DNA from: an uncultured Planctomycetaceae bacterium | GTDB taxonomy: Bacteria; Planctomycetota; Planctomycetia; Planctomycetales; Planctomycetaceae | Length of the DNA: 64,000 bases | Assembly: GCA_963815195.1 (NCBI GenBank) | Contig: CAWFGE010000009.1 | Span: forward strand, 1 to 64,000 | Reading direction: 5' to 3' | Part shown: piece after piece, positions 33,290 to 43,585 of the stretch | How the letters are laid out: every line of letters begins with the position of its first letter | How positions within the stretch are numbered: position 1 is the first letter of the stretch | The notes under the pieces: model-generated | Told to the model about the DNA's origin: nothing | What the model saw: only the letters and a program-made list of their open reading frames with translations | The model's database searches: none | Translations under genes and position numbers: made by a program

Positions 33290-33711
33290 ATCGCGGGATC
33301 TTGAACATCTGAAGGCGGTTTTTCGACGGATGATCTGCAGAAACACGAAATGGCCTGTGGCGCTCGACGTCAAAGATTTGCGATACTAGATGGCTCGGGA
33401 GTTTCGGCGGCTCGCCAGACGTTTCGCGCCGTTACTACATGTCTAGTAAAATCGGATCCTCTGCTTCTCTCGCCTCCCAGGCTCGCATCTTGAATTTGAA
33501 CTATGCGGCGCCGACCTCTGAGCGAGCCTTTGAACAGAAATGGACCAATTATGCGATGTCGCATAATCCCAGTGTCTCGATTGGACTTCTAGAGAATTCG
33601 ACACCTTCAGTCCTGCGACGGCGACTCATTTTTTGAACCGATGAGATTCGAACACCGGAATACGGATCGGAAAGGATTTCAAAGCCCAAGCCACTGATTT
33701 AGCCGCCACCA

Positions 33712-34614
33712 TCAATGAAAGCCATTAATGCGAGATTTTGGGCCTTCTTCATTCAATAGCTTTTGAGCTGCAACGGAAGTTGGGGACTCCAAAACGTCTT
33801 CGGTGGTTCCGAGTTCGACGATTTGTCCCCGATCGACGACCGCAATGCGGTCGGCCAATTGCCGGGCTAAGGCCAGGTCGTGAGTGACGAACACATAGCC
33901 CAGCTTATGGTCTTCCTGCGCAAGCCCAAAAGCAGATTGGCAATGGAAGCCTGAACCGAAACATCCAAGGCGCTCGTCGGCTCATCCAGAAACACCAGCC
34001 TCGGACTGCGCGACCAAAGCGCGGGCGATGGCGACGCGTTGCCTTTGACCGCCGGAGAGATGCAGTGGCGAGCGGAGAGCCTGCTCCGAGTCGATGCCCA
34101 CGTTCCGCAGTGCATCGAGTGCCATCTCCCGGCGGGCGCGGCAAAGCGCCGGACCGGCGGCATGACACCAAGCCGCGATCCGGTCCAAGAAGTGTCGGGG
34201 TTCATCTTCCGCTTTCGGCAGATCGTAGATGCGCAGCGGATCGGTGACGATATCCAGGACGGTCCGGCGATCGTTCAGCGATTCACGCGGATCCTGCGAG
34301 ACGAACCCGAACTCGCGTCGCCGGCGTCGCCATTCCATTCGTCCACAGGAATAAAGATCCCGCGGCCCATCGGAGGTCATTAACCGAACGTGTCCCTCGC
34401 TCGGAGCCAACAGCCCCGCGAGAATGGCCAGCAGCGTCGATTTCCCGGAACCGCTGGTGCCGCAGAGCGCCAGGATCTCCGCGGCCCGAACGTCCAGATG
34501 ATCTACTACCAATTGAAACGCCCCGGCCGGCGCAGAGGAGGAATACGAGAACCGCAGGCTCCGCGCTTCGAGCAAGATGTGATTTTCCTTAACGGATCGG
34601 GGCATCGAGGGCAT
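33712..34614 (-). CDS. Opp/Dpp-type ABC ATPase (frameshifted)
   Basis: GTSGSGKST, LSGGQRQRVAIARAL, FLDEPTSALDVSVQ, FVTHDL. Confidence 0.88.
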
Positions 34615-35551
34615 AACAGGCCGCAGAGTGGTTTGGCTGAATTTCATGAAGGACCGGTTCTTGAAGGGCACACCGCTCTTCAAAGTGCGGGCAACGCGGA
34701 TGGTATTTGCAGCCGGCCAGTTCCGTAACCGCGGCCGGCACTTCGCCGGGAATCGGCGTCATGGATCGGTGCGCGTCAATTCGTGGCAGGCAGTCGACCA
34801 GCGCCCGCGTATAGGGATGCTTGGGATCGGTCAGAGCGCGATCGGCGGGGCCGAGTTCGACGATTCGCCCGGCATACATCACGGCCACCCGATCCGCCAC
34901 GGCCGAGACCGCCGTGAGATCGTGCGTCACCAGGCAAACGGCACAACGGGCATCGGCCAGGCGGCGGATCGTCTCCAGCACATCAGCGCGAGTCGGTGGA
35001 TCGAGCGAGGCGGTCGGCTCATCCAAAAGCAGCACGCGGGGCTCATTGACGATCGCTTGAGCAATAAGGACGCGTTGGCATTGGCCCCCCGAAAGCCGGG
35101 CCGGTCGGCGGTCGGCATCCCCTTTGAGGAATTCGTCCGGCAAACCGGCTTTTCGCAGAGCGGCTTCGGTGCGGTCGATGACCGCGCTACCTTGCCGGCG
35201 TGCCCCTTCGAGAACGCTTGCTCGAGCGGTCATCAGGGGATTGAGACCCGATCGCACATCCTGCGGCACGTACCCGATGGCAAGTCCCAGGTAGTCCCGG
35301 CGCCGGCGGTCGTCGAGTTTCAGTAAGTCGACGGGTTGTTCCTCGTGGAGACTGATTGTGCCGTCGACGATATGCAGACCCGTCGGCAACAGGTCCAGAA
35401 TGCTATTGATCAACGTGGTCTTGCCGCTGCCGGTCTCGCCTACCACGCCCAGAATCTCGCCCGAACGCAGTTTCAAATTCACCCCGCAGAGGATTTCCGT
35501 TCGCTGCGGTCCTCGCACGGTCAAATTGCTCACGGTGAGGATGTCGCTCAT
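34589..35551 (-). CDS. Opp/Dpp-type ABC ATPase (OppD/DppD-like)
   Basis: GETGSGKT, LSGGQCQR, LDEPT, HPYT..GC.YHPRC..C..AC tail. Confidence 0.92.
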   Translation of the reverse strand: MSDILTVSNLTVRGPQRTEILCGVNLKLRSGEILGVVGETGSGKTTLINSILDLLPTGLHIVDGTISLHEEQPVDLLKLDDRRRRDYLGLAIGYVPQDVRSGLNPLMTARASVLEGARRQGSAVIDRTEAALRKAGLPDEFLKGDADRRPARLSGGQCQRVLIAQAIVNEPRVLLLDEPTASLDPPTRADVLETIRRLADARCAVCLVTHDLTAVSAVADRVAVMYAGRIVELGPADRALTDPKHPYTRALVDCLPRIDAHRSMTPIPGEVPAAVTELAGCKYHPRCPHFEERCALQEPVLHEIQPNHSAACYALDAPIR

Positions 35552-36413
35552 GGAGAATCCTTTCTCAAAGCGAGGAGACCCATTCCATGAAACAGAACCT
35601 GTGGGATTAGGGCGATCCAGAGAATGGCGGCGATCGTAACCAGCATTTGAAGCCGCGCGGTGTCATCGATGAGGTTGTTAAAACTCTTGGCGAGTGTCCG
35701 TCCCAGGCCGTCGAACTCGCGGTACTCCACTCCGAGATAGGCCAACCCCACTTCCGCCGCCACGAAGCGGGGCAGAACCGACGCCGTGATCCAAGCGATG
35801 TCCTCGACGAGATGCGGCCAGACATCATGGCGAAACGTGTACCCAGCGGAAGTCTCCGCAGGCTCTCGATGCCAGCACAAAGCCGGTTCGGCTGACAGAT
35901 CGGACCCGCTCGGCGATCAGCCGGGCTCCCGAGGGAATGGCAAAGAACACCAGCACGGATACCATGCTGGCGTTGACGAGCGAGGCCGGTGCCGTTCGCG
36001 GCCAAGCGGCGGCGATCGTAATGAGAACGGCCACTTCCGGAACGGCCATCACGCCCAAGTTCCCGGCCGCTATCAGTGACGCCAAAATCCGCGACCGCGT
36101 GAAACCGTGAATCGTTCCCACGATCAATACGCCCACGAGGACCGCAGCCGTTCCCAACAGCGCCGACCTGAGCCGTTGCGCTGATCGCGCAGGCGAGAAC
36201 GGAGACAAACGGCCGGCCGAGATAATCGGTTCCCAGGAAATAACTTTGCTCGCCGGCGGATTCGCTCTTCCACGCAGGCGGCAAAAAACTTCCGGCTTCC
36301 CGCGCGGGCACGCCGGCCACCAGATGCGGCAGGAACACGACCAGCGCGGTCAATCCCAAAGCCAGCCAGGCCGCCGCCCTGGTCCCGGTCTGACGGAAAT
36401 CACGAGTCGCCAT
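35548..36413 (-). CDS. ABC permease (OppC/DppC-like), frameshifted
   Basis: FLGTDYLGR, FVLASRACG, AEVGLAYLG. Confidence 0.8.
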
Positions 36414-37302
36414 GGGCGAGTTCTCCGTCCGGGTCGAGGTAGATGCTGACGGCTTCGGCCAAAAGCACTCCCGACGACAGCACGAGAAAATAAAGCAGCG
36501 TCGCGAAACCGGCGAGTTCGGCATGGCCCCGGGTGACCGCTTCGATGAACGCCTCGGCAATGCCTCCGAGGCGAAACACGCCCTCTACAAATACCGAGCC
36601 CACGACCAATCCGGCCAGACTGAACACCGCCTGCGTCAGCACGCCGGACGAGACGATCACGTTCGGCAGAACGTGCCGGCGCCAGACGGCCAACGGAGCG
36701 ATCCCCCGCGCACGGGCCACGCGGATGTATTCCTGCCTCAAAATGCGTTCGATCCCGTTGAGCCAAAGGGCGGTCGTGCCCGGCAGCATCAGTACAACGA
36801 GACTGGCGATCCCCACCCCGGTTCGCAAAACGCGGCCGGGATGCGGATTGAACTCGATAAGCACAAGATAAAACATAATCACCACCACCAGGGCGGGTAC
36901 CGCATGGGTGATCGGGTAGATGCGTTCCTGATGAAACACCGCCCAATCCCGCCAGATGGTCGCGAGCGAAATGGCGAGCACCAGCCCCAGTCCCCAACCG
37001 AGCGTCCAGCTCAAGAGCCCGATCGTCCCCGTCACCGGCAGCCGATTGACGATAATGCTCTTCACCGGGCCGGTGTGCGAGTGGCCGAAGTCGGTCAGTG
37101 CCGACCCGATCACCGTTTTGACCCAGCGGCCGTAGCGCGTGCTGAACGGTTCGGGCGGCGGAGGTTTGATGCCGCTCATCCGCAGGCGATCGTCCGCGCG
37201 TTCATCCGTCCGGCTGACGATATAAAACGAGAGCGTGACGGTCGATGCCCCGAACAGCATCAGCACGGTAAAAGTCGCGGCGAAGCGTTTCAGTCCTTTC
37301 AT
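36400..37302 (-). CDS. ABC permease (OppB/DppB-like)
   Basis: RLPVT, QEYIRVARARG..RHVLPN, GSVFVEGVF. Confidence 0.88.
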   Translation of the reverse strand: MKGLKRFAATFTVLMLFGASTVTLSFYIVSRTDERADDRLRMSGIKPPPPEPFSTRYGRWVKTVIGSALTDFGHSHTGPVKSIIVNRLPVTGTIGLLSWTLGWGLGLVLAISLATIWRDWAVFHQERIYPITHAVPALVVVIMFYLVLIEFNPHPGRVLRTGVGIASLVVLMLPGTTALWLNGIERILRQEYIRVARARGIAPLAVWRRHVLPNVIVSSGVLTQAVFSLAGLVVGSVFVEGVFRLGGIAEAFIEAVTRGHAELAGFATLLYFLVLSSGVLLAEAVSIYLDPDGELAHGDS

Positions 37303-39131
37303 GGCATCACTGGTCTTCGCTTCCGGCGCGGGACGACCTTGCGGAGCCGGAGGTTCTCGATCACCGTCCGGTCCAATAGGGGGTCATCCGCCCGCCCCGT
37401 GAGAGCCAGGCCGTTGACTTCGTAATCCCGGCGGACGGCGACCAGCCGGCGATCGACCACCAGATGAAACGCCGGCTGCGCTTCGGACCAGGACTTTTGC
37501 AGTTCCAGAAGGGCCCGGTTCCGCTCGGCGGGATCGGGCGAGGTGGCGTAGATGTGAAACTCTTCGTCCACGCGCCGTTCCCATTCCGTCGCGGGCGATT
37601 TTTGATAGGGATTCACGAAGTGCATCGGTCCCGAGCTTTCGAACAAATGCTTGAGCGTCGTAGCATCGGGCGCACCGCCGAGGAGCATCACGGCCGCTTC
37701 GTAATCGTAGGTCTTGTCAAGCCGCGTTACCATGTCGCCGAACCTCTCCTCCACCACTTTGACGCGAATGCCGATCTTTTCGAGCTGCAATTTGATTTCC
37801 TCGGCGGTTTTTCGCCGGCGGTCTTCGTCATCTTTGGACGTGCGGATTTCCAATTCGAGCGGAATCCGCCCCGAGGCTTCCTCGTAAGTCAGCCAGCGTT
37901 TTCCCTCGGCGTCCGGCTCGCCCGGGACAACCCCCAATACGGCTAGCTCCGCAAGAGCGGCTTTGGGATCGAGTTTGGGCGTGACTTCCTCGAGTACCTC
38001 CCGGGGAGCGGCCCAACCGTAAACCGGCGAGACCGGCCCGAACAGCGGATCGGCATAACCATCGAAAACTTTGTGAATGACGGCCCGGCGGTCGATGGCG
38101 TGCGCGAGCGCCCGGCGAAATGCCACATTCTGAAACAACTCCAGTCGTTTCGGATAGGTTTTGCGCCAGGGGACGCGCGGATTCTGGTTCAGCCAAAAGA
38201 ATGTGCACAAGCCGCCCATGCCGCGGTCGAGAATCTGAAAGTCGACATCGTCTTTGAGCCGCCCCGCTTCCATCGGGCCGACCAGCCGGTAGACGTAGCG
38301 ATCATCGTTGAGGAAGTCGAGGGTCGAGGTCACATCCTCGTTCCGCAGGATGAGCGTGATTCGCTTCAAATACGGCCGGGGCTGCTCATCGTCCTCGCGG
38401 CCCCAAAATCCATCGTTGCGGAGAAGCTTGATCTCCTGCGTGTCTTGAGATTCCACAAAATACGGCCCGAAGCCTTTGAGATACTTGAGTTCCGGCTGCT
38501 GAACGCCCACGGCCCGGCGAAAGGATTCGGGATCTCCCGACACAGGCTCGAAAACCTTGCGCGGGGCAATCGTTACTCCGGAGACCGCCCAATCGAACGA
38601 ATGGAACGGCTGCGGCAGATCGAATCGAACCGTTTGCGAATCGGTTGCGGAGACTTTCATGGGTTTGCCATCCAAAACCAGATTGCCCCGCTGTTTGCAA
38701 TCGAGCCGCGTGTCGAGACAGAGATTGAACGAAAACACCACATCATCGGCAGACAGCTTGATGCCGTCGGGAGTTGCGGCGTCACGGAGGTGAAACGTCC
38801 ACACAAGCCCGTCCGAAGACACCTCGTGAGTCTTGGCCAACCCCGGCACGAGGCGGTCCTTGACGGGATCGTAATGCAAGAGCCGGTCGTGAATCAGCCC
38901 GAGCAACAGCCCTTCGTATGACTTGTTGCTTTCCACGAAGTTATAGCTGCTGGGTACAGTATACATCCTGTGCATATGGCCCAGATCGCGCCATTCCCGT
39001 TCGCCGTCGGTCGACGCACTGGAGATCCATCGCCCCAGAACCACGCCCGCCGCGAGGCCAATCAAGCCCACAAAAATCACGCGGCCGATGCGGGGTGGAT
39101 TTGAACCCTCTTCATGAACCATTTCTGACAT
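37299..39131 (-). CDS. ABC substrate-binding protein, family 5
   Basis: PGLAKTHEVSSDGLVWTFHLR..SADDVVFS, GFGPY, FRRALAHAIDR. Confidence 0.92.
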   Translation of the reverse strand: MSEMVHEEGSNPPRIGRVIFVGLIGLAAGVVLGRWISSASTDGEREWRDLGHMHRMYTVPSSYNFVESNKSYEGLLLGLIHDRLLHYDPVKDRLVPGLAKTHEVSSDGLVWTFHLRDAATPDGIKLSADDVVFSFNLCLDTRLDCKQRGNLVLDGKPMKVSATDSQTVRFDLPQPFHSFDWAVSGVTIAPRKVFEPVSGDPESFRRAVGVQQPELKYLKGFGPYFVESQDTQEIKLLRNDGFWGREDDEQPRPYLKRITLILRNEDVTSTLDFLNDDRYVYRLVGPMEAGRLKDDVDFQILDRGMGGLCTFFWLNQNPRVPWRKTYPKRLELFQNVAFRRALAHAIDRRAVIHKVFDGYADPLFGPVSPVYGWAAPREVLEEVTPKLDPKAALAELAVLGVVPGEPDAEGKRWLTYEEASGRIPLELEIRTSKDDEDRRRKTAEEIKLQLEKIGIRVKVVEERFGDMVTRLDKTYDYEAAVMLLGGAPDATTLKHLFESSGPMHFVNPYQKSPATEWERRVDEEFHIYATSPDPAERNRALLELQKSWSEAQPAFHLVVDRRLVAVRRDYEVNGLALTGRADDPLLDRTVIENLRLRKVVPRRKRRPVMP

Positions 39132-39182
39132 CTCCAGACCACACAGATTTGATCAATGCCCACGGAAGGCAGGTCGCGAGCT

Positions 39183-40145
39183 TCATCCGAGTTCAACCGG
39201 AAAGCGACGCACATGCCCCGTCACCCGGTCGAGCACGATGGCGGCTCCCGTGGAATCCGCCGCAACATCCAACCCGCCGGTGACGCAGCCCGCGGCGTGG
39301 TCGGCCGCGGAGACTCGGGCGTTGATTTCAAACGACTCCGGCCCTGCTAAGAGCTTTTGAAATTCGCCGCGCTGGTCATACAGCTTGACCCGCGGACGGC
39401 CGCGTTCTGCCGTGAGGTAATTCCCATCCGGCAATTGCACAAAGCTCACCGGGTTACAGCATCCGCCGAAGCCTTCAACCGTCCGCGAACGCCGGCCCCA
39501 CGCCTCGACGAATTGCCCATCCGGCTGATAGGTTTCAATGCGATGGCGAGACGCATTCGCGACGTGGAGCGCTCCGTTCGCGCCCAAGTTGATGGAGAAG
39601 AATTCCGCCGGGGCCTGGAAGCCGTTTTTCCCTTCAATCGTGCCTTGGACCTTCCCCTCGTTATCCAACTTCCAAATCCAGCGGCGGCCGGCATCGGCGA
39701 CGAACAACGTCCGCTCGGAGACGGCGATTCCGGACAGGACCGTTTTCCGCGAGAACGGTTGCCAACTTGCAATTTGCCGGCCTGCGGGATCGAACAATTG
39801 CAGATAATCGACCAACCCCACGTACAATTGTCCCTGCGCATTCACGGCCAGACAGCGCGCGGGACGCGAAAGAGGAATCGCCTGTTGTTTTTGGCCGCGG
39901 GCATCGAAGACAAGAATCTGCTTGTCGGCTGCGACGTAAATCTGATCTTGGGGACCGACCGCGATGCGACGGGCTCGCTTCGCTCCCGTGGAAAAGACCG
40001 CGGGACGGTCGGCAATGGGTGTCGGCTCCGCAATCGCTTTGGAGCCCGCGTGGAAAACGACCGAGGCCGCGGTTCCCAAGAGGGCCATACCTTGCGCGGA
40101 CTGACGCAGAAATTCCCGGCGGGGTTGCTTGGGAGAATAAGTCAT
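39183..40145 (-). CDS. Tat-exported NHL-repeat beta-propeller protein
   Basis: RREFL twin-arginine signal; NHL-like blades; GFGGCCNPV motif. Confidence 0.75.
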   Translation of the reverse strand: MTYSPKQPRREFLRQSAQGMALLGTAASVVFHAGSKAIAEPTPIADRPAVFSTGAKRARRIAVGPQDQIYVAADKQILVFDARGQKQQAIPLSRPARCLAVNAQGQLYVGLVDYLQLFDPAGRQIASWQPFSRKTVLSGIAVSERTLFVADAGRRWIWKLDNEGKVQGTIEGKNGFQAPAEFFSINLGANGALHVANASRHRIETYQPDGQFVEAWGRRSRTVEGFGGCCNPVSFVQLPDGNYLTAERGRPRVKLYDQRGEFQKLLAGPESFEINARVSAADHAAGCVTGGLDVAADSTGAAIVLDRVTGHVRRFPVELG

Positions 40146-40185
40146 GTTGGTGTTCTCCGAAAAGGGACATGGACAGGGGACGTTT

Positions 40186-42246
40186 TTAAGGATTAAGGTT
40201 CCAAGACAGACATTTCACTTCGCGGCTGTCTCGCAAATAGAGCCGGTCTTTCACAATGGCCGGGTGCGACATCGATTCCACGTCGCGGTCTCCAAAGGGA
40301 CGGAGATGGGCCAAGGGCTTGTAGGTGTCGCCATCGACCGGGATCAGAAACAGATCGCCGCTCGTCGTCCAGACGATGATCCGCTTGTTCCCGGCGATGA
40401 GGTTCGTGTGGTCGTAAAAGGCATCGTTTAATTCGCTCCACGCCGTTTTGAGGTTCTGTTTGAGGTCTAAACAAAACAGTTCTCCATAAGCCGAGCAAAA
40501 CACGCGACCGCCCGATACAACGGGACTGCAAGTGTCGGGAGCCAGATCGTGGTTCTCGGCGATAGGGTGGGGATTGAGTTTTCCCGAATTGTCGAACTCG
40601 TAGAGCCGGGTATTGTTGTTCTCGGTGGCCACCAAAAGTTTGCCGTCCAAATTCATGGGCGTGCCCACGTTGAAATCGGAGCGCCGAGGTGGAATCATTT
40701 CCCACATCCGTTCGCCCGTGCGAGGATCCCACCCGCCCAGACCGGCGACATCGTAGCCGACGATCTGCCGAACTCCCGAGAATGTGCCGAGGAGAAATGC
40801 AGAATACGCCGCCGCGTGTCCGGGCGCTTTCCAGACGGTTTTTCCGGTCTTTAAATCCAAGGCGACGAGCGAGGCGTCTTTTCCACCGGGGTTGACGATG
40901 AGTTTGTCGTCCACGACCAAGGGCGGCGAACTCCAGCCCCAATTCGGACGCTCCGCACCGAAATCCGCCGCGAAATGCTTTTCCCACACGGGCTTTCCCG
41001 TCGCCAACTCAATGCAGTGCAAATCCCCCAAGGCCCCCAGCAGATACACGAATCCTTCATGGATCACCGGCGCGGCACGGGGGGCGTTGGTGTATTCGAG
41101 CCTGGCCGCCGCGGGAAATTCCAGCGTCCAAGCTTCTTTTCCGTTCGACGCGTGAAAGCAACGGAAAACATCCCGCGTCAAGTCGGCGTCTTTATCCGGC
41201 ACGACGACAAACCGATCCGTCGCGGCGATTCCCGCCAAAGCCGGCCCGGTGACTTGAGCCGTCCACAGCGTTTTGAGTTTCTTCGGAAACGTATCCGGCA
41301 CGAATTCCGACCGCCCATCGCGACGCGGTCCTCGCCAATCGGTCCAGCCTTGATGCTGCGCGGACATCGCCGCCGTTTTTTGTTCCAACGGTTCAAAGCC
41401 TGTCTTCGATTCCAAGGCCTTCAAGAGATCCGGCTGCTGTTTCACCTTCGGCAGCGCTTGGAGAAATTGCTCTTCTTCGGCCTTTGAAACGTTTTCCGTG
41501 GCAAAGAGTTCAATAAACGGCACGGCGTCGGTCGTGCCGATGATACGCAGTTCCCCTTTGGCGATTTTGCCGCAGCCTTCCAGGAGGGGTGGGAGATAAT
41601 CGGTGATGACGGTGGCATCCGCTTCGCCATCCGAGACGGCAAACACGCCCGCTTCGATGCTGCCGGCCGTTTGTATCGTCACGTCGTTTTGCAGTTTGGC
41701 CTTTTCAAGAGCCTTCCTAGCCGCGGCATGCGATTCGGCATCCGCTTTCGGCCCCAAGACGAGCTTTCGTCCTTTGAGATCCTCCAAAGTGCCAACGGGC
41801 GAATTCTTGCGGACGACAAACGCGCCTTTCACCGTGAAGGCTCCCGAGGTATTCGTCAACCGGGCGATCGCGCGGACGGCCAGCTTTTCCGATTTCGCAT
41901 CGAACTCGACCATCGAACGTTTCCCAATAACAAAATCCAGCGTCGTCTTCGCCCGGCGTTTTCCCAATCCCAGACTTTCCTCGAAGACGACGTTCACCGG
42001 TTGCTCAAGCTCGGTGGATAAAAACATCGCCAGCCGATCGTATCGGCGTTGCCCCAACCCGGGCACGCAGGTGCAGGAAAGCGGTTCCGCGAGCGGGTCC
42101 GTGACCAGTATCGTGAATGTCCGCCGAGGCCCATTCGCCGGAGAATCCTCGGCATCGGCCGATCCCGAAAACGGCCCCCACACCAACAGCGCGAAAGTGA
42201 AGAAGAATCTCCGAAGAGATATGCAGCAGCCGGCTTGCTCGGACAT
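40186..42246 (-). CDS. PhnD-like periplasmic binding domain fused to PQQ/BamB-like beta-propeller
   Basis: Signal peptide; FVVRKNSP..LEDLKGRKL; WTDWRGPRRDG, SSPPLVVDDKL, SHPAIVKDRLYLRD. Confidence 0.8.
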   Translation of the reverse strand: MSEQAGCCISLRRFFFTFALLVWGPFSGSADAEDSPANGPRRTFTILVTDPLAEPLSCTCVPGLGQRRYDRLAMFLSTELEQPVNVVFEESLGLGKRRAKTTLDFVIGKRSMVEFDAKSEKLAVRAIARLTNTSGAFTVKGAFVVRKNSPVGTLEDLKGRKLVLGPKADAESHAAARKALEKAKLQNDVTIQTAGSIEAGVFAVSDGEADATVITDYLPPLLEGCGKIAKGELRIIGTTDAVPFIELFATENVSKAEEEQFLQALPKVKQQPDLLKALESKTGFEPLEQKTAAMSAQHQGWTDWRGPRRDGRSEFVPDTFPKKLKTLWTAQVTGPALAGIAATDRFVVVPDKDADLTRDVFRCFHASNGKEAWTLEFPAAARLEYTNAPRAAPVIHEGFVYLLGALGDLHCIELATGKPVWEKHFAADFGAERPNWGWSSPPLVVDDKLIVNPGGKDASLVALDLKTGKTVWKAPGHAAAYSAFLLGTFSGVRQIVGYDVAGLGGWDPRTGERMWEMIPPRRSDFNVGTPMNLDGKLLVATENNNTRLYEFDNSGKLNPHPIAENHDLAPDTCSPVVSGGRVFCSAYGELFCLDLKQNLKTAWSELNDAFYDHTNLIAGNKRIIVWTTSGDLFLIPVDGDTYKPLAHLRPFGDRDVESMSHPAIVKDRLYLRDSREVKCLSWNLNP

Positions 42247-43367
42247 CAGGGTTTCTCCGCAACGGCGGGTTTGGGGGCTAACACGCGAATGATGTGGGCG
42301 CGCACATCCATCACAAAGATGCGGCTGGCATCGCGATTGACTTCAATGGGGATATAGCACGATTGGGCCGCCAACCGGCTACCGCGATCGAACACGGTCG
42401 TATCCACATAGCCGACCAGCCCCAAATACATGCCGTCGGCGGAATAGGTCTTCACGCGGCCGACGCCGGATTCGGCGGTATAAAGCACACCGTTCGGCCC
42501 GAAATCGAAGTTGACCGGATTGCAACACGCGGCAAAACCTTCGAGGCTTTGTCGGTCGCGGCGGCCCCAGGTGTCGTGCGGGTGGCCCTCGAAGGAAAAC
42601 CGATTCACCCGGTGCCGGGAGTTCTCCGCGACCAGGAGCAGATCGCCTTTCGTGTCCAGATCGATATGGGAGCAACAGCCGAATTGCCGTTTCACGATGA
42701 GTTGGGGATCGCTGAAATCCCGGCGGAATCGCACGATGTCTTCCACCGCCCGCAGACTGAATCCATCGCCAAACGCGACGAAGAAGAACGTCTCGTTGGC
42801 CGTCACGCCGCTGATGTGGGCATCCTTGTACTGCCCCTCCAAAATGCTCGCGGTGTCAAGAACCTGCAGGAGTTTTCCGTCGTTCGCAAAACGGGCGAGC
42901 TTGCCGTGCCCTCCCAAATAGATCGTGCCGTCCTGGCAGCCGTGAATCATTGTCGGCGTGACCGCTGTCATGGGCCACGTGGCCAGGACGGTCCCCGCTT
43001 CATCGACAACTTTGATGGCATAATTCCGCGGCTCCAGAGGTTCAAGCACGCCCAGACCCCGAGTAAGATGTCGGCGGAGCATCATGTCTTCACGGGTGAT
43101 CTTCCGAGGAGGGGCAGGAGGTTCGGGATCCCGCGCCGCTTCCTCGGGATCCCTCGCGGACCAACTCACACCGCAAAGGAGACGGCCCCGAGAATCCATC
43201 GCCATAGTTTCGATCTTGCCGTTCGGGCCGATCTCGAATTGGATCGGGGCAACCTCCCGGTGGGTCGGCTCCTCCAGATTGTTTGCCTTGGCAACGAGGG
43301 CCGCCCCGAAAACAATGCTGGCGGCGCCAATCAGTTTGTATCGCAAACAGCCGGCGGGCGATGACAT
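42246..43367 (-). CDS. Secreted NHL-repeat beta-propeller protein
   Basis: Signal-like N-terminus; FGCCSHID, GFAACCNPVNF; GGAGG RBS. Confidence 0.72.
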   Translation of the reverse strand: MSSPAGCLRYKLIGAASIVFGAALVAKANNLEEPTHREVAPIQFEIGPNGKIETMAMDSRGRLLCGVSWSARDPEEAARDPEPPAPPRKITREDMMLRRHLTRGLGVLEPLEPRNYAIKVVDEAGTVLATWPMTAVTPTMIHGCQDGTIYLGGHGKLARFANDGKLLQVLDTASILEGQYKDAHISGVTANETFFFVAFGDGFSLRAVEDIVRFRRDFSDPQLIVKRQFGCCSHIDLDTKGDLLLVAENSRHRVNRFSFEGHPHDTWGRRDRQSLEGFAACCNPVNFDFGPNGVLYTAESGVGRVKTYSADGMYLGLVGYVDTTVFDRGSRLAAQSCYIPIEVNRDASRIFVMDVRAHIIRVLAPKPAVAEKP

Positions 43368-43585
43368 AGGGAATACCTCCACGGTTAGGAAATGCTGCGG
43401 AATTCCCTAGACGGATCTCGGCCTCGGGAGTTGAGGAAGCCGAGCGCAGCAGAATGCGGTCATGCACATCGTCGAAACCGCAAATACAGAAACGGTCCAC
43501 ATGCAGTTATTCCTCGAAGCGGAACAACTCGCATGGATCCCTCCGGGGGATCGGACATGTCACAGACTTTGCGGACCCGTGCTGC

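Noticed and set aside
36412..43364. Long plus-strand ORFs (e.g. 36412..37425, 42294..43364; also 25309..26328, 56905..58101)
   Set aside because: Antisense shadows of well-supported high-GC genes, with no motifs.
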